Assembly: GCA_010093705.1 (NCBI GenBank)
Contig: MU006113.1
Location: 297,333 to 317,332 of the forward strand
Direction: 5' to 3'
Length of the DNA stretch: 20,000 nucleotides
Source of the DNA: Patellaria atrata CBS 101060
Lineage: Eukaryota
Of the stretch, positions 1 through 12,532 are shown in pieces. A program made the position numbers and the translations under genes. The notes beneath the pieces are model-generated. The model saw only the letters and a list, made by a program, of their open reading frames with translations, did no database searches and was not told the DNA's origin. How positions within the stretch are numbered: position 1 is the stretch's first letter; each line of letters begins with the position of its first letter.

Positions 1-3000
1 GAAGGAACTTAAAGGAAGCAACCTTTCGGTAGAGATTCCGAACACGTCAAGCTGCTGACTGGAGTGAGGGTAGAGCGTGTACCGGTTGGTGCACGGGTAC
101 TGTATGGCGCTGCAGATGGGTAGTTAAGGTACTATGTGCGGGACCAATCATCACTAGGGCGAGCCTCTCCGGACGACCAGTCCTTGTTGCTACCAGGAAC
201 CTCGCATATGTTTCCGCGTACTTGCAGCTTTCTTTTCTTTTCTTTGTCGCTTCTTTAGACGAAAATGCCAATATCAGATCAGGCAACATCCATCCTGCAC
301 AGATTAGCGACAAATCGACAAACACGTCATGTCAAGTTGAGTTGTCAGTTAGGTTGTGTCCAAAAGGGATATCTTGCTCTTATTGTTTAGTCGAGAGTAG
401 TAGGCCCAGCCTTGAAAGAGGTTAAGATAAGCTAAATTGGGCGTTGGTCCCTGAGGTTAGTGTCGGAATCCGTTGGACCATCAAGTCATACTACCCTATC
501 ATACTAAAATTCGACATCTTCGTCTGGTCGATGGTCATTTCACTTCCCTCGATCGAGTCAGTACGCGTGACTGTTCAGGTCCTTTTCAGGTCCAAAGTGC
601 TCAACAATAATAATGTACAGGACCAACCCATGGTCATGTTCACAAGGATGCCCTGTATGCAACTGTAGCCAAGTAGGATGCATTTCTTCAACCATTTGGT
701 TCGAGCAGCACGGCTCCAATCCAATTACCTGGACAAGTATAGTAGCAGGAATGTTGTGGACCATCACGAGAGTAGACATCATGTAACTTCTGTATGCAAC
801 AAGCTGAATCCAGCAACGGAGTGCATACTGGGAAAAAGTAAGGCGATCGAATTGCACAATCGTGTAGTATCTTCGAGAGTATATCCACTGAGGCACACCG
901 CAACAAAGTTCGAGCTCGAGCGTAAACCCGGGAACAATGGCAATCGTTGCGCAAGAGTACCGGTAAGAGATGCTGGTCGTGCCACACTGACTTGAAGAAA
1001 CGCGAGTACAGCATGACAACAGTAAAATGACGGCCTCGTCAGAGACATATCGTTACATTTGCTTATATTTTGACGAAGCAATGGCATTTCCGCCAATCGC
1101 TGCTACGCTCAGAAGTTGGCATCTTCGAGATACAAGGCATTACCAGCGTCCAGGATTTCGGTGAGGGAGTACATCAGTACACTCGGAAGAGATTCAGAGC
1201 CACAGCAGTGTAGACACCCGGACACCAGGAGATCCGTTAAGGTGAAGACTTCAGTGAAATGATGCGGCATGCCGCACGTCGCTCCGGTGGTGAGGTAGTA
1301 CTTTTTACGCCACACTGGCCTAGAAGAGATAACGGGAGACGAATTACTCCAAGGTTGAAGGTTCATCCTTTAGTTACCTAGTTACAGTAGTAGAATATGC
1401 TGTGAAGATTGTAAAGTTGATGATGAGGGATTCGCAGTTGAAGATTTTAGTTCTAGTTCAAAATCTCAAAATTCAAAGTAGTGCGGAACAAAATGAAGGA
1501 TCGACATGATCGACATGGATTCAGCTAGACTAGAAATTAGATCTGGACAGTTCCGCCCGCTCGAACAAGCCTCGACTTCATCACACATCCAACTTAACTT
1601 CTGCAAGCAGATGCAAGCAAGGCTACATCAGAGCACATGGTCCGCACCATTTGAAATGATCATAACGGTTTTTGCCCGCTTGGCAATCCATACCTGCTGG
1701 ATTTATCCAATTGACCTGAAGGAACAGCGTCCGACTGGCCTGTTCCTGAGATAGGAATCTAACCTTAGACCATACAATCACTCAACTGGTTGCCTGCAAA
1801 TGCAGTATAGCACACATCTTTCCTACTTTTAGCGCATTTCCACGAAGGGTGTCCTGAAAATCACCGAGTCTAGGTAGCAGGGCGCAGCAAAGTTGGCAAA
1901 CTCTATGCTATTTACTGAAGCTGATGCCGCGCCTGTATGGAGGATTTTCTGCCTACTTAATCCCATCTTCGGATTCAAATGCGGAAAAGCATCGAGCATT
2001 GAAATTCTCACCAGGATCTTATCAGTAGGAACAAAACGCTTAGAGCAATTTAAGGTCTAGTATATTGATAACCGAATACCTTTAGGCTCCTCTAATTCAA
2101 CTTTGCTTATCAACGAGCTCCCTTGTCTACACCAGCGTCAACTTCTTACAGCACGGATAGTCGACAGACCCATGGTCTCCTCGATCCCCGGTTCTAGACA
2201 CTTACTATCTTACTAAAAAGACGCATGGAATGTACAAGGGAGCGTATTGGTTGATCGACACTCATTGAATATCACGTCGTTGGGATATTTGAAGCATACT
2301 TTCCCTCTAGTACGTACTCATCAAATTCCTCACTCTTTTAGGAATCTCAAAGGATCAGTATGTAAACGGAAATACGTTCCTACTAATTTCACCATTCGGA
2401 GAAAGCTAGTTCTAGTGGAAACCAGAGACGGAAAACATGGTACTCTTGGGTCTAGGACCACAAGACGTAGTCCAAAACTATTATTCTCAGTCGATCAATG
2501 CCGCGGAAAAGTCATTTCTGCATATTTTGGGAGATGTCTATAAGACATCCACGATTAGTATGTCACTTGATGTTTGGGGTTCTCCCGTTTGGTACCCTTG
2601 ATAGCTCCGGCTGGACCCTTATGTACGTCCGAGCTGCGCATGGTTGATGTCAACTTCAAAGTCTAAGTCACGGGAAATCACAGCTCCGCCGTTGTTATAC
2701 TACACTTTTTACACATACCCAGCCCCTGACTTTCCGCTGGCGTCATCATAGTCACATTTCACTAAGGTACCGTGGTAATGCTAGGCCCAAGCACCTACCT
2801 CATGTATGTTCTCCACACACACAACTCTCATGAGCTCGTGGTTCGACCCGACCCGAGCCTCTAAACAGTCTCAAGTCTCAACGGTCATGCTTATGATCGT
2901 GTGATGACGCATAAGACTGTCTAGGCGGATTAGTCGAAAACACTCCTGTTCCGCGACTCTGGACTGGCTACAGATTCATATACGTTACTACTCGTACTGT

Positions 3001-3557
3001 CATATCTGAGCTTATTTTGTCATCTCCTTAGATCCTACCAGATGGCGGAGTATATGGGTCCTACGTAAAGGAATTATGCCGTTTGAAAAGATCAGTAGTC
3101 GTCATGAAGACCCCTGTGTAGTGCTTTCACTGGATAGGAGAACAGGAAATATGTCCTAGAATCTCCTGATATTGTCTGTCACCACTGTTCGACATCCATA
3201 TAGGCCTACTTTCCCCGCCCACTTCAGGATACATGAAAAATACCGTCATTGTGTGTTTCTCATGACGACTCAAAATTCCGGTTCGGATATATATACCTCA
3301 ACAATTTTCAGCACTCTACCATGGTTTGTAAACCTCAAAATCTTGTAATTAAGGCCTAACTCCAGGTGGGAAATCAGGTATTGAGCACCGTAACTGAAAC
3401 ATCAAGAGAACAGCGATGGAAAAGGTATCTTGCGCCACGCGCCATAACGTCATTACAATGCTCATCCTGCCATCACGGTTGCGTACGCCGATATACTCCT
3501 CATCAAAGACGCGCCGGCCACATAGCCCCACCCAGGTGTTTATACACGCGATGGCGA

Positions 3558-6500
3558 CTAATCCGTCCTGGTCCCCGAAAATACGCTCGAAAGCCTCTCT
3601 AAATCCGGACTGTCCGCGCTAACAAAACTATCGTCCCTTTGGATGCTAGCACCCGTCCGAGAGCGCCGCAAAAATTGGTTACTGCTTTGCGATTCGACAA
3701 ATTCTTCAACAAGATTACAAAAGTCTCGACGGGTTCGAGAGTCATGAAATGTAAGTGAAAAGTCTAACGTCTCACCTTTGTCGCCGTGAGATGGGCGCGA
3801 GGCGTGACGGGCCTCCCGGGCCTCCTTACTTGTCGGTACAGGTTCAGTTGCGGACATACGGGTAATGTCCAAGAGGTTTCCGCGAGCTATGTGCACAAGT
3901 TTGATGACTGCATCGGCACTACCAGTAGTCGAGATTGAATTTTCCTTCGGAACTGTTCACAGATTTAGTACACCTTGAAGGGAAAATACATGGTATATCA
4001 TGGAAGGGATATCTAGAGGAAAGGGGACTCACAAGCCCCCGTCAGCCACCTTTTGGATTTCGGACCCTCATCTTTTAACCGTAAGGTGATTTGACCTAAA
4101 CGTCTCCCTTCCACTAATTTCTCCCAGAACAATACTTCAGCTGCACCGAGTTTCGTGTCTCTCGACAACTTCCTGGGAATCTTGGCACTTTTGGCACCAG
4201 AATAGAAAAGAAGCTTCCATCCAGTCAAGCCATGAAGTAATTCGACGAGCTCTAAAGCATCATTAGAAATGTCCGTATAAAAATGTAGGACTGTTTAAAG
4301 CAAACCCTTGGGCGGCTCAGTAACTGTATTGCTCCAGAACTGCACCGGGAAATTGACTACAGCAGTGCTCTCAATAAGGACGATATCCTCACAGATTGCC
4401 CTCATTTCTTCTTCGAGAACGGCACGATCCCGCGCATCCGATATGTAATTAGGTGATTTCAAATTCCCTATTCTCAGCTGAAGATGATAATTCGAGCCCC
4501 TATTTTGCTGATTGAAGCCGAAATCATCCACATCGCGGAACTCGAAATCTAGGTCGCGCCAGGCGAGATATAACTTCGAGCAATACTCACTATCAGCTAG
4601 GGTTTCTCTCAAGGTTAAGGCTCGATGAATAAGTATTATGTGATTATTTTTGGTTTTCTGACAAATTTTGTACGTCTGTGCTTGCTGCTTGTTCGAGATT
4701 TGAACAAATTCTCCTCGTTTGGTGGTATAAGTATCGGCGGTCAGATCCCTAAGCCGCTCTAAGAAGATTGTTGCGTCTGAGACATTGACGAACTGCAAAG
4801 TAACTTGATTGTTATGGTTTCGAGGGTCATATATACGATCGTATCGCATCCCGTAGTCGCCAGAGCGTCTAATTATTGTCAGTATCCCTCTCCCCATCGC
4901 GATTTGGCATCCATCATCTACTGCACGCTTGATTTAAACGTGGACTAGGACTCTGATATACAAAATTTCGAATATGCATTGATTTCCTCAACCGTACGTA
5001 TAAGCTGATCGTAAGAAACATCGAGGCCGTTGATTACTGCGGGAACAACAGTACACCAGTGACTGTTAAACAAGCGTAGAGAGTCTGAGTAATGCTAGTC
5101 GCGACGGGGGAGGCGGTATGATCCAAACAGAGCGCAAAAGGTGACTTACCTTGACCGGAGATGATTACAATCGGACCAGCTAACGGTGACACTCGAGTCG
5201 TCTACACGTAGTTGCACATCTGCAAGCGGTAGCCACATGGATATATGGTCGGAATTTGATGATTTTTTATCAGATTGCCCAAGTACAAGTCTTCTCGTGG
5301 CCTTCCACACTTCTGGTTGAGATGTCTCAAAGATTTGTATATTTGGTCTGCATGGCTCGGCAATAGCGCTGCGGCCGGCGGTATGACAATTCTTATCGAT
5401 GCTAAACGATGATAATGGTGCAGTGAAAATACAATCCTCACCACGTCTAGGGTCATTAGAGGACCTCGAGGAGAGGAGTGTACTTTCATCCTCAATGTAC
5501 GACGATAATGGCCTTGCACTACGAGGTCCAACTGAACTACTTGAGTTTCGGCTTTCAGTATGGTTAGTTGTAATATCTAACGACGGTTTATGAAAATGGG
5601 ACTGAATGCTATCGTCGACACTACTATCTGAGCGAATGCTCGGACGACCACGGTGATCAGAGCTCCGTCTTGATGAGGGCTGTAAAGAGTAAGATTGTGC
5701 ACATTTCTACATCAACCGATTTCACTTACAGCCCGAGGTACTTCGAGTGCCTTGGTAGTTTTTGAAAGAAACTGAGCCGCGAAAGGTGGGATCGGAGAAG
5801 ATATAACACTATCCATGCAGCAGGATGCAATGAACCCTTCCCCGGTCTGCACTTCTTTACGGTGATTTTCAATCATTTCCACTATATCTTTGGCACGTTT
5901 TCTATTCTGAGGATTCTCCTGGACCTAGATTCTGTCAACAGAGCTTCAGGAAGCTGATATTTAGCGAGTCACCCCATACCATTACTTCTATCCAGTCTAA
6001 AGGAACATCATCAGGAGTATCATTGCGTATTTCCCTCATATAACGTTTTATTCCATCTGGATTCGACCAAAATTCTTTGTTATACGTTCCAGTGGAAGCA
6101 AGAAACCGATCCATTTCATCGAGGGTCTTTTTTTTCAGCACGCTGATCATCTCAAGGAAAACGCATCCAAGGCTCCATATATCTGACAACTCGTTACGGC
6201 GCTCCTCGTTGATCACTTCTGGCGAGACATATCTTTTAGTATAACGGCCCACAGGTCCAGAGGTCGTAGAATGATCCTCCTCAGACCAATCTCTAGCTAG
6301 CCCGAAGTCACACAAATACACAGTGCCTTCTCTAACTAAGATATTCCCGGGTTTTATGTCCTTGTGACGAATTTGATTCGCATGAAGGTAGGCTATAGCT
6401 GTGGCGAGACAGCCAAAAGCATTTCTCAAGCATACAACCTCCTCCGGAGAGAGAGGATCGGGCTTCCGCAATAGGTACTTCATCTCGTAGTCAGCGACAG

Positions 6501-7176
6501 GCGACATGAGGAGTGCAAAACAACTCTTATCAGTGTAACTTCCTATACACGTGATCAAGTGTCTGTGCCGTATTCGCTTTAAAGCTTGTAACTCTTGTTG
6601 GAACTCAACTAGCCTTGTTCTTTGTTCACTAATATTGTGGCCCCTCCATATTATTTTTCTCGCGAATATCTCACCTGACAGTCGATGTTGTACTCTGGCA
6701 ACCCGGGCAGAGCCTCCTTCTCCAAGTTTTTCCAAATCCTCGAAATACACATCGCCATCACGTATGTGTCTATGCCATACTTTTGAGTTTTGAGAGAAGT
6801 TCGATGCCTTCATATATTGTGGGTCGGAGAGCACGAACTGCTGAAGCTCCAGAAATCGTCGAGAAAGGTCTTCATCATTTCGAAGAGTAGAGGGTAGATA
6901 ATGGTTCGTATAGGGGATTGTGACGTCTTCGAGTTTCTCATCTATAAACTCGGCGGCTACATCGTCGTCGATACCGCAGCCTAACATACGGAGAACTGCA
7001 TACGTTCGTGGCCGTGTACTCCATGCTCGCGTCACTGGATGTTTGCTTAACTCGTAGCTGATCTCTAGAAAATTAGTGTCATCGATAATTCCAGCTGGTT
7101 GAGACGATGACGGTATGAAGGTTGATATGGTGAATTCGACTTCAGCCCGTGTCGTTGCGGGGGCTTCGGGCATCAT
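3558..7176 (-). CDS. Ser/Thr protein kinase (non-RD, HKD catalytic loop) with an N-terminal extension and a ~600-aa uncharacterised C-terminal region; 6 exons, 1032 aa
   Basis: Kinase motifs LGEGGSARV, FARK, HKDIKPGNIL, DFG, YVSPE and DIWSLG lie in the 5935-7176 ORF. Exons 7176-5980, 5924-5730, 5679-5150, 4868-4306, 4251-4033 and 3952-3558 are joined by GT-AG introns of 55, 50, 281, 54 and 80 nt. They total 3099 nt in one open frame and absorb track ORFs 4295-4897, 4013-4228 and 3558-3896. Confidence 0.9.
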
Positions 7177-8377
7177 ATCTACAGCTTCTACGGACTCTAA
7201 TTCGAGACCCGAGCACGAGATCGACCAACATGAGTGTATGTGTACCAGAAAATAAGCCCTTGGAAATCTTTGGAGTATATCGACAAACGCCCGTTAAAGA
7301 GTCTAAAGGACGTTGTCTAGCCTCGTCGCAACGATAGAATTACAGACGTGTTGTAACATACAGTACGGGTAGAACTAACACATCAAAACAGGCTGTGAGG
7401 CTTGCATCACGCCTCGGGATTTCATTACGTCTGACACTACTAGCAAGTGAGGTGAGCAACGCCTCCTGTACGGTCACCGACAGTACAGTATTACCCCATC
7501 GCTTGGATGGCTAATAAGACGCCCGCGATGATCGATTCTATCCCCGTAACTGCCGATCCGTAATGCCTATCAAGAAGATCTGTACCCGTTATTCAGTTGC
7601 CTAGATGTCACTGATGGCTCATCCAACCCGCCTATCCTCAAACTTTCGGTCACGGAAATGTGTAAGATATGGTGCGCAAACATGTCCACCAGGGATGAGC
7701 CTAGAGCTCTACATGATATCAGATACGAATCCACGAAAACATATAATAAGATGTAGGACCTGACTGAATTCATGTTTGGGACTAAAGAGCATTACAGGTA
7801 GATATTTATCTACTTCGTATAAGAGAGACTATAGCAGAGTTATATTTACTTTGTGGGGGGCGAAGCGGTTCGTTAGGGTCCCTTTTTGTGGTCCCAGGTT
7901 GGTGGCATAATTCTAGTGGGGTGCACCACAAACTGTTCAATCATCGCAAAGAAATGGAAATGCTAACGCGCGTGTTCTGTAGAATACTGTTACGGAAAGG
8001 CTTGACTTCGTACTGCACTATCTATGTTTAACCATCCTCTACGGTATGTTCAAGATTCAACGCGAACTCACCCTCATGAGGCTGTGTGCGAATCTAGGGC
8101 GGCCCGCCAGATGGTAGTTCCGTATCGCTATGAAGGGAGTGTTGCCGTATTAGCCTTCACGACTTCTCAAACTCGTGGCTGTGTTTGTCTCGCAAGGTTC
8201 CTTTTGGCCCCAAAGCGACTAGATGGCGATTCATGTAGATCTACTCCGCTCTTCTTCTACGTATAACCTCTGTAGCGGCCTAATTATTCTTTTGCGATTT
8301 CCATCTCAACATCCTTCCAGGAAGACATTAGCTATCCCAATGTACTGGTAGACCCACCCTATACTGGATTGCGCAAT

Positions 8378-11056
8378 ATGGACGAGCTTCAACCGACAGA
8401 AGCACTTAGGGGCCGATCCGAGCCGGAGGCCGAGCCCGAGCCACAGTCTGTCAATCGGTTCATATCCGTACCGTTCGCTGATTGGGATTCCAACACCATG
8501 TCAACTGAGATAGAGATTTTCATTGAAGAGTCGGGTTTGAGTGATTATTCTGACTATATACGCCGTGGAGCATACCTTGCTCAGGACAAGAACGCGTTTC
8601 CTAGGAATCGACCTCGCCCTGACGGTCTGAAACTTAGAGAGGACAAAGATGAACGCAAATACTTAGATTTAGAGTATAGTTCCAGGCCAATTGACAGGTT
8701 CAACCAACCATGGCGGCTCTATGCTCTTGTGGTATGTTGCTCGTTAGGTGCAGCTGTTCAAGGATGGTCAGTTTTAATTCTTCTGTTGCATGTTGTATCT
8801 GAACTTCACTTTCTCCCCTATTGCTTTACATAGCTCTGAATTATATTAAATTCTTGACTTGTCTGTTTTACACCAAATGCTGATCAAGTAATCTACAGGG
8901 ATGAGACTGCCATCAACGGCGCTCAAATCTTCTACCAAAAGGCGTTAGGGATCGAGGGCAGGGTTGGACTAATTGGTTTGGTCAACAGCGCACCCTACCT
9001 CTGCTGTGCTATCTCTTGTTGGTACGAGATTCTTTTAGACAATAAAGAGTATTTACTTGACGGACTAATGCATGCTAAAGGCTAAATTACCCTCTAAACA
9101 AAGTACTTGGTCGACGCGGTGTCATCTTCCTCACTTGCATTATCTCATCCGTTACTTGTCTTGGTCAAGCATTCCCTCGAACATGGTATCAACTCTTTAT
9201 AGCAAGGCTTCTTTTAGGACTGGGTATTGGACCCAAGAGGTACGTTGACTGCCCAATATCTCCAATTAAAGAAACGCTAATCATTGTAGTGCAACGATTC
9301 CGATCTATGCAGTAATGTTCTCCCTTATAACGTTTATGCATTAGACCTAACTGGTGAAGGCGGAATGTGCCCCAGCAAATATACGTGGAGCCCTCGTTAT
9401 GATGTGGCAGATGTGGACAGCTTTCGGTTCGATTGGTTCTGATCCTGATTATCGCTCCTCTCTAAGATTAACTCGTTGTAGGTCTAATGTGTGGATATAT
9501 TTCCGGAGTAGTTCTTCGCAACGTCAACAGCGGGAATGAAGGGACCTGTGATCAAGATCGGAGCAGCCCTGATCATTTACTCAGCTCCTATTGTGTAAGT
9601 TTGCAATGAAACACCATGTCCTCAGGGGCTCGGCCCGTACTGTACTTGTATCGATGGCCTGCTCAAGCACTACTATATCGGGCTATATCACTGACTTATA
9701 ATACTAGAGCTTGAATTGGCGGCTCATGCTCGCTTCGCCAGTAAGTAACCATTCACGGATTACTCTACTTCCGGCTGACAAAAGTCTCCAGATGGTCTTG
9801 CCCCTTTTCGTGGTAGCATATATATATACAATGCCTGAATCACCTCGTTTCCTACTCCGCAAGGCCCGCAATGGTGACAAGAAGAAATATGAAGAAGCTT
9901 TCAATGCCCTTTGCTCCCTGCGCTACACGAAGCTCCAGGCTGCAAGAGATATGTTTCTCATACACCACCTTCTCAAGGGTGAGGAAAGAATCATGGCCCA
10001 ACAACAACCGTTCCGAGAATTATTTAGTATCGGTCGAAATCGGCGTGCTTTGGGCGCTGCCGTAATCACGATGTTCTTCCAACAGGTAAATCATACCACC
10101 CGTAGTAAATTTGAAATTCTAACGTATTTTATAGTTCTGTGGTGTAAATGTACGGATCTCCTGACTTCTCACATCATACGTACAATATTGATCTTGCTGC
10201 CTAGGTAATGGCATACTATTCGAGCTCTGTGCTCGTCGACAATGCGGATTTCAGCCAATACAAGGCCTTGCTGGTATGTTTCCAAATGTTCCTACCTACA
10301 ACCACCGTTTAACGAATGTTATGTAGGCAAGCATGGGCTTTGGCATCATAAATTTCCTTTTCGCGATCCCGGCGATATGGACTATCGATACTTTCGGACG
10401 CCGTAACCTTCTTCTATCCACTTTCCCGTTCATGGCGCTTTTCCAAGGCTTCCTCGCCATCGGTTTCGCCTTCGACGGGACAACTGGAACGGTCCTCATC
10501 ATGTTGGGGATGTACCTATTCTCCATAGCATACTCACCGGGCGAAGGACCCGTCCCATTCGTCAGCCTTCCCCTTATCTTTCCTCCAAGATGAATGCACA
10601 CTAACCCATAACTCACTATTACAGGTCTACTCCGCCGAATGTCTCCCTCTCTACAACAGAGACTTCGGCATGGGTATAGTAACCTCGATCAACTGGTTCT
10701 TCAATTTCTTCCTCGCCATCACTTGGCCCAAGTTCCTCGCTGCGTTCGGAGCTTCGGGCGCCTTCGCCTGGTACGCGGGTTGGTGCGTTGCGGGATGGTG
10801 GATCATCCTCTTATTTTTGCCCGAGACGAAGGATCTCACGCTCGAGCAGCTCGACGAGGTGTTTGAGATCTCGACGCGGGAACACGCGCGCCACGGAATG
10901 GACCAACTGGTGTGGTGGGTCAGAAGATGGATATTGAAGCAGAAGGGGTGGAGGAAACCGGTGTTGATCCAGAGTAAGATCGACGAGGGGTATGAAATCG
11001 GCGGAGAGGAGAAGTATGCGAGGAGGCCGATTGGCGAGATGATAGAGGATTCATGA
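8378..11056 (+). CDS. MFS sugar porter family transporter (myo-inositol/polyol/pentose transporter-like); 12 exons, 649 aa
   Basis: Spliced motifs GAAVQGWDETAINGA, LGRRG, GIGPKSATIPIYAAECAP..IRGALVMMWQ, PESPRFL, QQFCGVN, IDTFGRR, YSPGEGPVPF.YSAE and PETK. Exons 8378-8766, 8899-9021, 9081-9239, 9290-9311, 9360-9426, 9482-9594, 9708-9740, 9792-10085, 10135-10149, 10205-10273, 10327-10560 and 10625-11056 total 1950 nt in frame. All introns are GT-AG. Substrate cannot be determined from sequence. Confidence 0.93.
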
Positions 11057-11989
11057 AGGGGAAGCGAAAGATTTGCGAGTTTCTTTGGACATCATGATAG
11101 GGAGTTGCTATTTTGGGATAGATACATATCGGTTTTGAGTGTAAGGCTCTCATGAATCAATGTGTATATATTGTTCTTGACTTACCAACCTGCGCTTGAA
11201 CACTGCTCTCAGTCGCCTATATTATAACATATGACCTTATCTCGTCCCTGCCACCGCAGCCACCGTCGACTATACATACATCCCATACTTCGAAAGGGGC
11301 TCCGCTCTAGTAAATCAGATATGTAGGCATGCAAAACACCCAGTAATTAAGCAATCACCGATCATATCAGCACTCGGATATAACAACACCCGTCTTATCT
11401 GTACAATAAGAATAGTCTCCCCCAATCGCGACCGTACAAGTTGTCGCAAAGTACAGCCGTAGGCTACTAAGTATAACTCCTCGCGCGATTTAGGTGAGTA
11501 CTATCATGGTTGTGCGGATTTTGTGCTCCCCGGAAGTACCGTGTTCCTAATATAAACTGGGGAGTATCCGGTACGGTAGTAAGAACCGAAGCGTATCTGG
11601 TACCGAACACGAAGTAAACTCCAATATATCGGGTATAAGGTTAAGTATAAAGTATAGTAACTAATCGATTGATAGTTGACGATGATATAGCCGTTTACCG
11701 CAGTTTCATCGAGAAGATAATCATACCATATCGACTACATCATAATCAAAAAATCGAAAGAGTGGAGTAAAATATTGATTGAAAAGCGGATCATGACTAT
11801 AAACATACAGAGTGGTATCGTAAACTCATTACTCGCTAAGACCATAACATAAGTTATTTAGGAAAAGGGTAACAAGGGAACCTCCATCTAAGCAAACTTG
11901 CACATACGCTTTCAAGGACTCAGTGGAACGTTCCAAGTTATAGACCATGAACCGTTGTCCCTCGCCGTTGAAAGTGGCCTGCTTATCCT

Positions 11990-12532
11990 CTATACAGTGG
12001 CTCTACCAGTGTGGAGCGTCCTTCCTCTCTTTATGCTGAAGAACGCAAAGGCACCGTACACAGCAGTAACGAACCACATGAGCATATTGACCAGGTCGAC
12101 CCAGACAGCATTCTTCATGCGCTGGATGCCGCCGTTGCCCTCAGGGTCCTCGTCGATGTACATCTTCCCAAAAATACCGAAAACGGCAACCCATAGGATG
12201 AAGAGGATGGCGTCCCAGATGAAGAATAGCCAGCTGCGCACGATGGGTAGGCCGTAGAAGAGGGTGGTGATTGCGGACATTGCGGCGACTATGACGGCGT
12301 ATAACTATTAGGATTTATCAGCAGTGTATTCAAATTTAGGACTGGGGAGAGGGTTGGAGATATATACCCATTTTGAATCCGTATATGCATCTACCTTGCG
12401 TGCATTATTCAGGTCGGTGCCGTAGAGACCTGCGACAGTGATTGCAAGGACGAACTGGAAGAAGCGCAAGAAGATGCGAAATACTAGCTGGGCGGTCCCG
12501 CCGTAGGAGTTGTAGTTACGGATATCGAACAT
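11990..12532 (-). CDS. MARVEL (membrane-associating) domain-like integral membrane protein; 2 exons, 159 aa
   Basis: Exons 12532-12368 and 12304-11990, with intron 12367-12305 (GTATAT...CTGAT...TAG). About four hydrophobic segments, with patterns LRFFQFVLAITVAGLYG, KWLYAVIVAAMS, WDAILFILWVAVFGIFGKMY and RMKNAVWVDLVNMLMW that I recognise from fungal MARVEL-domain proteins. Confidence 0.85.

Noticed and set aside
1506..3531. Short ORFs between 1.5 and 3.5 kb
   Set aside because: No motifs or consistent splice structure found, so they are treated as intergenic or 3' UTR sequence.
5202..5531. 109-aa minus-strand ORF
   Set aside because: Alternative frame of kinase exon 3, which is open in a different frame consistent with both flanking introns.
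7983..7995. AATACTGTTACGG, identical to the TSD plus start of LTR A
   Set aside because: The match stops after 13 nt and there is no LTR body or GTAACA end, so it is treated as chance.
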